From the NCBI GenBank assembly GCA_009699605.1, contig WLNW01000003.1, positions 1 through 49,875 on the forward strand: 49,875 bases of DNA. Direction: 5' to 3'. The notes under the pieces are model-generated. The model was given only the letters and a program-made list of their open reading frames with translations, had not been told where the DNA came from and did no database searches. Origin of the DNA: Actinomycetota bacterium. GTDB lineage: Bacteria; Actinomycetota; Acidimicrobiia; Acidimicrobiales; WLNW01. Shown in pieces: positions 41,086 to 49,875 of the stretch (within the stretch, counting starts at the first letter, position 1; each line of letters starts with the position of its first letter). A program made the position numbers and the translations under genes.

Positions 41086-41508
41086 TCAGCGCGTGGCCAG
41101 CGCGTCGCGGATCTGGATCAGGAGCTCGACCTCGCTCGGGCCGGCGGGCTCGACCACGACGACCTCTCGCGGCTTGCGCAACCGGTTCACGGCCTTGACC
41201 ACCATGAAGATCACCAAGGCAATGATCAAGAAGTTGATGATCGTGGTGATGAACGAGCCGAGGAAGATCTGGTTCTCGTAGAACGCGGTGACTCCCGCGC
41301 GCCCTGCAGCCGGACCGGCGATCTCGTTCCCCCAGTGGATGGAGATGTCGTTGAAGCTCGGCTGACCGAAGACGATGCCGACGATCTGCATGAGCACGTC
41401 ATTGACGAGCGAGGTGACCACGGTGGCGAACGCCGCGCCGAGGATGACGCCGATGGCGAGGTCCAGCGCGCTGCCCTGGGAGATGAACTCCTTGAATTCC
41501 TTGATCAT
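41086..41508 (-). CDS. mscL: Large-conductance mechanosensitive channel
   Basis: MIKEFKEFI..G..LDLAIGVILGAAF, GSFITTIINFLIIA, LLIQIRDAL; AGGAG RBS. Confidence 0.95.
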   Translation of the reverse strand: MIKEFKEFISQGSALDLAIGVILGAAFATVVTSLVNDVLMQIVGIVFGQPSFNDISIHWGNEIAGPAAGRAGVTAFYENQIFLGSFITTIINFLIIALVIFMVVKAVNRLRKPREVVVVEPAGPSEVELLIQIRDALATR

Positions 41509-41634
41509 GATGCTCCTGTTTATTGTCCCCCCTCACGGGTGGTGTCGAGCGTAGATCGGTGTTGACTTCGCGTGCCGCCGCGAAGGTTTCCTCATCCCGG
41601 TAATCTCCCCCCGTTCCAGTACACGGGAGGGCGC

Positions 41635-43626
<1,992 letters not shown>

Positions 43627-43627
43627 C

Positions 43628-44116
43628 CTGAGCGCCATCCCCTCGCACTGGTTGTGGCGCGACGGTCCGGTCGGGTCCGGGCCAGCGGTCATCTTCGACA
43701 TGGACGGTGTGCTGTCCGACGCGTCGCAGCGCCAGCACTTCCTCGACGGCCCACTCCAGTACTGGGAGAAGTTCTTCGCCGCGTGCGGCGAAGACGCGCC
43801 CATCGTCGAGGCTCTCGAGATGGCCCGGTTGCTCGACCCGTCCGTCGTGGTGATCCTGCTCACCGCGCGGCCAATCCGCGTGCGGCGCCAGACGATGGAC
43901 TGGCTCGGCCGCCACCCGGTGCGGTGGGACCTCCTCGTGATGCGCGACGAGGACGATTGGACCAGCTCCCACACGTTCAAGCGCGCCGAGCTTCGTGACC
44001 TGCAGGGTCGGGGCTACGAGATCCAACTCGCCGTCGACGACGACCCGCGCAACGTCGAGATGTACCGCCGGGCCGACGTACCGGCCCTGTACTTCCACAG
44101 CGGCTACTACGATTGA
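43628..44116 (+). CDS. HAD-superfamily hydrolase resembling the polynucleotide kinase 3'-phosphatase domain
   Basis: FDMDGVL (motif I), LLTARP (II), K (III), VDDDP (IV). Start uncertain: CTG 43628 just after the acs stop, or TTG 43604. Confidence 0.7.
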   Translation: MSAIPSHWLWRDGPVGSGPAVIFDMDGVLSDASQRQHFLDGPLQYWEKFFAACGEDAPIVEALEMARLLDPSVVVILLTARPIRVRRQTMDWLGRHPVRWDLLVMRDEDDWTSSHTFKRAELRDLQGRGYEIQLAVDDDPRNVEMYRRADVPALYFHSGYYD

Positions 44117-44242
44117 TTGCCCGTTACGTGCGCGGCCGACGTCGGCCGCTTTCGCGTGGCTTTCGTCGGGCCGTCGCACGATACAACTCAGCGTTCACCC
44201 TTCCCGAGCCATCGTGGAGCAAAGGGTGACGAAGGAAGACTC

Positions 44243-45094
44243 ATGAAGAACTACGGAAAGACTGCAGTCCTGTTGGCCGCCCTTGGTGGGCTGTTCGTCG
44301 TTCTCGGAGGGGCCTTCCTCGGGCAGGGCGGTCTCTACATCGGCCTGGCACTCGGCCTGGTCATGGTCGGTGGTTCGTACTGGTTCAGCGACAAGCTCGC
44401 CATCAAGTCGGCCCACGGCGTCCAGGTCGACCGCACCCAGGCCCCCGATTACTACCGAATCGTCGACGAGCTCGCCCAACGAGCGGGCATGCCCATGCCG
44501 CGCCTGTTCATCGCCCCGTCCGATCAGCCGAACGCGTTCGCCACGGGCCGCAACCCGAAGCACGCCGCGATCTGTGTGAACCAGGGTCTGTTGCAACTCA
44601 TGTCGTGGGACGAAGTGCGCGGTGTGCTCGCCCACGAGCTCACCCACATCCGCAACCGCGACATCCTCACGGGGTCCATCGCCGCTGCGGTGGGCATGGC
44701 CATCACCTTCGGGGCTCGCATGGCCATGTGGGGGGCCATGTTCAGCGGTGGCCGTGATCGCGATCGTGACGACAACCCCTTGGTGTTGTTGGCCACTGCG
44801 CTCCTTGCGCCCATCGCCGCGATGATCATCCAGATGGCCATCAGCCGCAGCCGCGAGTTCCAGGCCGATGCCGGCGCGGCCCGCCTCATCGGTGACGGCG
44901 AGCCGCTCGCCCGGGCGTTGCTGCGCCTCGAGGCATACGCAGGCCGCATCCCGTCCGACGTGAACCCCAGCCAGGCATCCAACTACATCGTCAACCCCCT
45001 CAGCGGGCGCAAGGTGACGTTCGGGAACCTATTCTCGACCCACCCGCCCGTCGAGGCCCGTGTCGCCCGTCTCCGTCAGGGCAACTGGGCCTAG
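44243..45094 (+). CDS. htpX: Zinc metalloprotease HtpX (M48)
   Basis: PNAFATGRNP, HELTH, SRSREFQAD, FSTHPP. Start ATG 44243 after GAAGGAAG. Confidence 0.93.
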   Translation: MKNYGKTAVLLAALGGLFVVLGGAFLGQGGLYIGLALGLVMVGGSYWFSDKLAIKSAHGVQVDRTQAPDYYRIVDELAQRAGMPMPRLFIAPSDQPNAFATGRNPKHAAICVNQGLLQLMSWDEVRGVLAHELTHIRNRDILTGSIAAAVGMAITFGARMAMWGAMFSGGRDRDRDDNPLVLLATALLAPIAAMIIQMAISRSREFQADAGAARLIGDGEPLARALLRLEAYAGRIPSDVNPSQASNYIVNPLSGRKVTFGNLFSTHPPVEARVARLRQGNWA

Positions 45095-45579
45095 TCGCGG
45101 AAGTTCTCGAACTGGAGCGGGATGCCGAAGTCATGCTCGCGGAGTGCGGCGATCACCTCTTGGAGGTCGTCTCGCTTCTTGCCGGTGACCCGCAGCTGAT
45201 CACCCTGGGTCTGTGACTGGACACCTTTGAGCCCGAGGCCCTTGATGTGGGTGTTGATGGCCTTGGCCTTGTCAGACGAGACGCCGGCCTGCAACTTGAC
45301 CACCTGGCGCGCGGTGCCCTTCGACGCTTCCTCGATCTTGCCGTAGTCGAGGACCTTCAACGACACCTTGCGCTTGACCATCTTCTCCTCGAGCAGCTGG
45401 CGTGTCGCGGCGAGGCGGTCCTCGGTGATCGACGCGAGCGTGATTGCATCGGTTCCGAGCTCGATCGAGGTGTTGGTGTCCTTGAAGTCGAAGCGGGTCG
45501 TGATCTCGCGCGACGCCTGGTCGACGGCGTTGCGGAGCTCCTGCATGTCGATCTCGGAAACCACATCGAAGGTAGGCAT
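45091..45579 (-). CDS. yajQ: YajQ family nucleotide/c-di-GMP-binding protein
   Basis: MPTFDVVSEID.QE..NAVDQA, RFDFK, RVTGKKRDDLQ, LQFENFRD. Confidence 0.95.
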   Translation of the reverse strand: MPTFDVVSEIDMQELRNAVDQASREITTRFDFKDTNTSIELGTDAITLASITEDRLAATRQLLEEKMVKRKVSLKVLDYGKIEEASKGTARQVVKLQAGVSSDKAKAINTHIKGLGLKGVQSQTQGDQLRVTGKKRDDLQEVIAALREHDFGIPLQFENFRD

Positions 45580-45597
45580 GGCGCGAAACGTAGCGCG

Positions 45598-46929
45598 TCA
45601 GCCGGGGGCTGCCACGCAGTAGCGGTCGATGGCCGCGACGAATGCCGCGGCCCGCTGTCGATAGTCGAGGTACGTACCGAAGCTGGGTGCGGCAGGGGAG
45701 AGCAGCACCACACCGCGAGGAGCGGCCCATGCGTAAGCGGCCCGCACCGCGGCGTCGAGATCGTCGGCCGCGCGCACCTCGACCGCGGACGGCAGCACCG
45801 CGTCCGCGAGCTCGCGGCGGATGCGATCCCCCGATGCCGGGATGGTGAGCACCAGCAGGGGTGCTTCGCGCGTGGCCAACGCTTCACCGAGCGAGTGATA
45901 GTCGATGCCTCGATCGAAGCCGCCCAAGATCACCGCCGTTCGCTGCGCGGCGAACGCGTCGATAGCTCGCACGGTCGGGAGCACGTTGGTTGACAACGAG
46001 TCATCGACGAACTCGACCTCGCCGATAGTGCGTACGGTCTGGAGCCGGTGCTCGAGCCCCGGAAAGCCGCGGGCGGCTTCGGCGAGCGAATCAGGATCCG
46101 GGTCGAGGCCGAGGGCCCGAAGGCACCGGTATGCGATCTCGGCGTTGTCGAGGTTGTGGTCGCCGCGGACGCCAAGGGTGCGATGCCAGTCGGTGCGTCG
46201 GGTCGGGTCGGGGCTGACCCATTCGACCTGCGGTCCGAGCAGTGACGCCCGTTCGACGAGAGCCGGGCTCGTGCTCGACGCGATGGTGAGCCGGGCCCCG
46301 GGTTGTGTGCACAGCGAGAGCTTGTCCCGGTAGTAGCCCTCGACCGAGCGGTGCCAGTCGAGGTGATCTGGGTGCAGCGAGGTCACGGCCACGATGGGCG
46401 GCGACACCGCAACGTCGGTGGCTTGGTAGCTCGACGTCTCGATCACCCAGTACCGGGGCTCCGGGGCTCCGGCTGTTCGTGCAGGGTCATATGGGGGCCG
46501 GCCGATGTTGCCGCCGACGAACGTGGGGAAGCCGAGCCCATCGAGCAAATGGCCGAGCATCGCCGAGGTGGTGCTCTTGCCCTTGGTGCCCGTGACCGCG
46601 ACCACCCGCTCGATCGGCGCGCCCTGCAGCCACAGCCCGAGCCCGCCGAGCACCGGCACGCCCGCGGCGTCGAGCGCCGCCGCCGCCGGGAGGTAACGGC
46701 TGATGCCGGGCGACTTCACAACCGCGTGGCAGCGCAGCAGCGCTTCGAGCCCGCCGTGATCGATGGCGAGCACCTCGGCGTCTTCGTAGGTCGGCTTCGC
46801 GTCGTCGACCAGCACCACGCGGGCGCCGAGCGTGCGCAACATGCGGATCGAGGCCTCGCCCTCGACGCCGAGGCCCCACACACCGACCTCCGCGTTGCGG
46901 AGGTCAGCCCACGAGATGGCGGGGCGCAT
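45598..46929 (-). CDS. murD: UDP-MurNAc-L-Ala:glutamate ligase, probable MurD2 (L-Glu-adding)
   Basis: KSPGI, VTGTKGKSTT, GGNIG, ETSSYQ, DHLDWH, GLEHRL, DDSLSTN, LLSPAAPSF. Start ATG 46929 overlaps the murL end. Confidence 0.9.
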   Translation of the reverse strand: MRPAISWADLRNAEVGVWGLGVEGEASIRMLRTLGARVVLVDDAKPTYEDAEVLAIDHGGLEALLRCHAVVKSPGISRYLPAAAALDAAGVPVLGGLGLWLQGAPIERVVAVTGTKGKSTTSAMLGHLLDGLGFPTFVGGNIGRPPYDPARTAGAPEPRYWVIETSSYQATDVAVSPPIVAVTSLHPDHLDWHRSVEGYYRDKLSLCTQPGARLTIASSTSPALVERASLLGPQVEWVSPDPTRRTDWHRTLGVRGDHNLDNAEIAYRCLRALGLDPDPDSLAEAARGFPGLEHRLQTVRTIGEVEFVDDSLSTNVLPTVRAIDAFAAQRTAVILGGFDRGIDYHSLGEALATREAPLLVLTIPASGDRIRRELADAVLPSAVEVRAADDLDAAVRAAYAWAAPRGVVLLSPAAPSFGTYLDYRQRAAAFVAAIDRYCVAAPG

Positions 46930-48358
46930 ACGAGTCGGGGATGTGATCGGCGCCGATCGGTACGAGCAATGCGTTGATCGCTTCGTCGTCGAGCTCGCGG
47001 TCATCGAGTTCGCGAAGGAGCGCCTCGAGCATTGGCGAGCCGGTGCGGTCGGGCCGTGCGGCGGCGCGCTGCAACGCGGCTCGGCATTCGGACACCTCAC
47101 CCACGCACTCGAACGGCTTCGGCTCGTGGCCGATGTCGAGAAGCGTGCGGAACGACCTGATCGTGTCGGGGTTCTCGAGTGGCTCGCGCCCACCGAACAC
47201 CGCGCGAAGGTCGGCTGCCGCGACGAACGGCGCGAGGATCAGGTCGATGAAGCAGCACTTGTCGCACACGCCGCACCATGTGGCGTGACGCTTCGCCGGG
47301 TCGAGCTGGAAGGCTCGGTTGCAGCTCCGAAAGACCCGGTGATAGTTGGTGAGCTTGGCGAACCGACGAGCGATCGCGAGCTCCGAATAGGGCCGAAGCA
47401 GCGAGAAGTATTCGGGGCCGTCGGTGAACTGATCGGCGAGCGCGGCACGCAACAGCGTTTCGAACTCGGCGCTCTTCGAGTACTGGTGGTTGATCGTGCG
47501 GCCATCGACTTCGAGGTTGCCGGACGACGCCGACCATTCGTTCGACATCACCACCGCCCCGCGCCCGTGCAGCACCGCGATCAGCGTTGCGATGGCCGAG
47601 AGGATGCCGGTGACCGGGACATGGCCGTTGCGAAAACCCAGTTCGCGCGACCGCAGCACTTTTGCATCGAGCTCGCGCTCGGCCCGCAATACCGGAAGGC
47701 CGGTCTCGCGCGCGGCGGCCTCGATGGCCGCGAAACGATCACCCATGCGGCTCAGGATGAACAATGCGGTGTCGGCGTGGATTTGGCGCACCTCGTCGAC
47801 GGTGACGATGGAATCGATGCCGCCACCGAAGGGCACCAGGGGACGATCGAGGTGGACGCCCGTCGCCACCGGTTCCGGTGCGGTCGACGTGTAGTGGAAC
47901 ATGAGGTCACGCAGATCGAGGCCGTTGCTGTACGCGAACTCGCCGAGTCCGTCGAGATAGAACGCCCGCAACATGGTTGCTTCAGCCGGGGTGAGCGGAT
48001 GGTCGCCGAAGTCGATCAGTGGGGGAGCGGCCGCCTTGTAGTACGAGACGCCGGCCACCAGGAACACCAACCGCGCCGCTCGATCGGCGGCGGAGGCGAC
48101 GGAGGCCGGTGCGTCGGGGAGCGGGGCGAATCGGATGTGCTCGACGAACTCGAGCCCATCGAGGCGGTAGTGACACCGCAGCTGCCCGTCCGCGAGGTCG
48201 AGTGCGAACCCGACGTAGTGGAACGCCTTGACCGCGGCCGGGTCGAACCCTTGTGCCGAGAAGGCCGGTGCTGCACGGTCCGGGTCTGCACGGTCCGGGT
48301 CTGCACGGTCCGGGTCTGCACGGTCCGGGTCTGCACGGTCCGGGTCTGCGGTGGTCAC
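46904..48358 (-). CDS. murL: UDP-MurNAc-L-Ala-L-Glu epimerase
   Basis: GVSYYKA, FGGGIDS (PP-loop-like), NGHVPVT, NHQYSKS, FRSCNRAF, WCGVCDKC, KPFECVGE; directly upstream of a MurD. Start set at GTG 48358 after GGAGG; the longer ORF would run through the tRNA. Confidence 0.85.
   Translation of the reverse strand: MTTADPDRADPDRADPDRADPDRADPDRAAPAFSAQGFDPAAVKAFHYVGFALDLADGQLRCHYRLDGLEFVEHIRFAPLPDAPASVASAADRAARLVFLVAGVSYYKAAAPPLIDFGDHPLTPAEATMLRAFYLDGLGEFAYSNGLDLRDLMFHYTSTAPEPVATGVHLDRPLVPFGGGIDSIVTVDEVRQIHADTALFILSRMGDRFAAIEAAARETGLPVLRAERELDAKVLRSRELGFRNGHVPVTGILSAIATLIAVLHGRGAVVMSNEWSASSGNLEVDGRTINHQYSKSAEFETLLRAALADQFTDGPEYFSLLRPYSELAIARRFAKLTNYHRVFRSCNRAFQLDPAKRHATWCGVCDKCCFIDLILAPFVAAADLRAVFGGREPLENPDTIRSFRTLLDIGHEPKPFECVGEVSECRAALQRAAARPDRTGSPMLEALLRELDDRELDDEAINALLVPIGADHIPDSYAPRHLVG
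48271..48349. repeat. Perfect 15-bp tandem repeat, 5 copies plus 4 nt, encoding (ADPDR)5 in the MurL N-terminus
   Basis: CTGCACGGTCCGGGT at 48271, 48286, 48301, 48316 and 48331, then CTGC. Confidence 0.95.
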
Positions 48359-48371
48359 CGTGGCCTCCGGT

Positions 48372-48409
48372 GTGAGCGGCAGCGTGCGTGCAATCGTGAG
48401 CGGCAGCGT
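48372..48409. repeat. 14-bp direct repeat GTGAGCGGCAGCGT, two copies 24 bp apart
   Basis: Copies at 48372-48385 and 48396-48409, between the tRNA-Tyr 3' end and the murL RBS. Confidence 0.8.
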
Positions 48410-48417
48410 TTGTGTAG

Positions 48418-48499
48418 TGGGCCGGGGAGGATTCGAACCTCCGTAGGCGATGCCGACGGGTTTACAGCCCGCTCCCTTTGGCCACTCGGGCACCGACCC
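48418..48499 (-). tRNA. tRNA-Tyr (GTA)
   Basis: GGGTCGG acceptor stem, CCCGAGTGGCCAAAGGG D-arm, GCGGG-CTGTAAA-CCCGT anticodon arm, long variable arm, GGAGG-TTCGAAT-CCTCC T-arm; CCA not encoded. Confidence 0.97.
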
Positions 48500-48511
48500 A
48501 GAACGTGGACG

Positions 48512-48520
48512 AGGATAGCA
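48512..48520 (-). promoter_or_regulatory. Extended -10 promoter element for tRNA-Tyr
   Basis: TGCTATCCT (TGn-TANNNT) on the minus strand, 12 nt upstream of the tRNA 5' end. Confidence 0.45.
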
Positions 48521-48591
48521 AGCGAGCATCGAGTTGACCCACCTGGATCGGGCACGCCCGTCATCGGGCCCGAGAAGCAACCTCGGCGAGG

Positions 48592-49083
48592 TCAGGAGCG
48601 AAGCATGCGCTGCATGAGCGCGACGTCGAGCCACCGGTGAAACTTGCGGCCGACTTCGCGCTCGATGCCCACGAGCTCGAACCCCACCGACCGGTGCAGC
48701 TGGATCGATGCCTCGTGCCCATCGACGATGCGGGCCATCATCGTGTGGAACCCGCGGCTACGTGCGGCCTCGACGGTCGCGGTGAGCAGGAGCTTGCCCA
48801 CGCCTTTGCCCTGATGGCTTCGGGCCACGTACACCGAGTCTTCGACCGTGGTGCGATATGCCGGTCGATCCCGGTACGACGACAGCGACGCGAACCCGAC
48901 CACCTCGCCCGCATGCTCAGCCGTCAGCACCGTGAGTGCCCCAAGTCTCGACGTGAGCCACTGCTGTTGGTCGACGAGGCTGCGAGGAACCATGTCGAAC
49001 GTGTGGGTGGTCTCGGTGACCTCGAGGTTGTAGATGGTGCGGATCGCCTCTGCGTCGGCGATGGTGGCCAGCCGGATGTGCAC
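48592..49083 (-). CDS. GNAT N-acetyltransferase, phosphinothricin / methionine-sulfoximine acetyltransferase-like
   Basis: IYN..V...T.TF, YRDRPAYRTTVEDSVYV...QGKGVGK.LL, SIQLHRSVGF, EVGRKFHRWLDV. Confidence 0.88.
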   Translation of the reverse strand: MHIRLATIADAEAIRTIYNLEVTETTHTFDMVPRSLVDQQQWLTSRLGALTVLTAEHAGEVVGFASLSSYRDRPAYRTTVEDSVYVARSHQGKGVGKLLLTATVEAARSRGFHTMMARIVDGHEASIQLHRSVGFELVGIEREVGRKFHRWLDVALMQRMLRS

Positions 49084-49118
49084 GGCCGAACATTACCGGC
49101 CCGGATCTCGGACAGGGG

Positions 49119-49621
49119 TCAGGACGCGATTCCGGCCTTGCGGTTCGAGTTCGTGGCCACCGGCTCGACGATGGCCATGTCTCCGGCCAGTGACTCGAGC
49201 CTCGCCCAGGTGGCGATGTCCTCGTCGTCGGTGAGGAAGATGATCTGCTGCTCGCGGGATCGTTCGACGAGCAGTTCCAGAAGGGCCGGACGATCCTCGC
49301 GTGCGATCTCGCGGAACGAGTCGTCGAGCACCATCGGCAGGCTCTCACCGCCTGCGGCACTGCTGCGCAGGCCTTCGAGCGCGGCCGTCTCGGCGGCCTC
49401 TGCGCCCTCGAGCCGGCCGTTGTGGCGCATAGCCATCGCGAGCCCGAACAGCGCGAGGAACGCCGCCGCGCCGAAGGTTATCCGGCGGGTGCGCTCCGCT
49501 CGTCGTTGTCGGCGTCGATCGCCCGCAGTTCGGCGGCGCCGAGCGCACCGACGAGCTCATTCACGATGCCGTCGCGTTCGATCTGGCCGACGCCGCTGAT
49601 GACCAATCGTTCGTATCGCAC
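49119..49621 (-). pseudogene. Probable degraded, frameshifted gene ending in an SMC/YhaN-like ATPase C-terminal motif
   Basis: GTG 49621 opens MRYERLVISGVGQIERDGIVNELVGALG..., which stops at 49478. A second frame, read from about 49497, continues with a hydrophobic segment and LPMVLDDSF...QQIIFLT to 49119. No Walker A motif. Confidence 0.45.
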
Positions 49622-49795
49622 GAGGCAGACGTCGGCGCGCCGGCCCGGGACCTTGAGTCGAAATACCTATGCAGCGCGAACTGCGTCCCTATGCCCGAAG
49701 GGTCATGCCGTTCGGCCTGGGGGCGAACGGGTTGGGGAACGCGGGGATCGCGTGGCATCATTGACGCCCGTGTCCTGGCGCAAGCCTTGGCGCAT

Positions 49796-49868
49796 GCTCC
49801 CTTAGCTCAGACGGCAGAGCGCTTCCATGGTAAGGAAGAGGTCGACAGTTCGATTCTGTCAGGGAGCT
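49796..49868 (+). tRNA. tRNA-Thr (GGT)
   Basis: GCTCCCT/AGGGAGC acceptor stem, TAGCTCAG..GGCAGAGC D-arm, CTTCC-ATGGTAA-GGAAG anticodon arm, GACAG-TTCGATT-CTGTC T-arm; CCA not encoded. Confidence 0.97.
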
Positions 49869-49875
49869 CGTTACC

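Noticed and set aside
41566-41585. Inverted repeat CTTCGCG-N6-CGCGAAG between mscL and acs
   Set aside because: Only 7-bp GC-rich arms, plausible by chance; no regulator could be assigned.
48271-48349. Tandem repeat considered as a CRISPR array
   Set aside because: The 15-bp units are contiguous with no spacers, lie in a coding frame, and no cas genes are present.
48359-48634. N-terminal extension of the 576 aa ORF (46904-48634)
   Set aside because: It runs through tRNA-Tyr on the same strand; GTG 48358 with a GGAGG RBS is the better start.
46832-48640. 602 aa plus-strand ORF with CTVRV repeats
   Set aside because: Antisense shadow of murL and the tRNA; the repeat is the same 15-mer read on the other strand.
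45091-49868. Genomic island or prophage at tRNA-Tyr or tRNA-Thr
   Set aside because: No integrase, no duplicated tRNA 3' end noticed, and no obvious compositional shift.

Overview
High-GC bacterial DNA, most likely from an actinobacterium of the Acidimicrobiia type (inferred from gene content and protein style, not from a search). The window is dominated by a ~37 kb respiratory supercluster. A divergent region at 3163-3553 drives two units. Leftward are a membrane monoheme cytochrome c and a MenJ-like geranylgeranyl reductase. Rightward is one closely packed run: unknown membrane protein, 2x[4Fe-4S] ferredoxin, split b6-type cytochrome b, subunit IV, Rieske protein, diheme cytochrome c, a second unknown membrane protein, and a complete nuoA-N complex I. 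After an inverted CoA-transferase gene comes a second, 11-subunit complex I-like operon (nuoABCD-HIJKLMN, no nuoEFG), followed directly by an NDUFAF7/MidA-type methyltransferase. The rest is housekeeping: TetR, amidohydrolase, mscL, acs, a HAD protein, htpX, yajQ, the murL-murD2 alternative D-Glu pathway, tRNA-Tyr, a GNAT, a degraded gene and tRNA-Thr. The best candidate for an under-described system is a ferredoxin-associated b6f-like (heme ci type) Rieske/cytochrome b complex with two extra membrane subunits, encoded beside a complex I that lacks its NADH module. Supporting details are a peptide motif (IPEHLLERS) present three times in two different subunits, a basic loop only in NuoI2, and the NDUFAF7 target Arg present only in NuoD2. 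No CRISPR, rRNA or transposase was seen. All calls come from reading motifs by eye; no database was searched.
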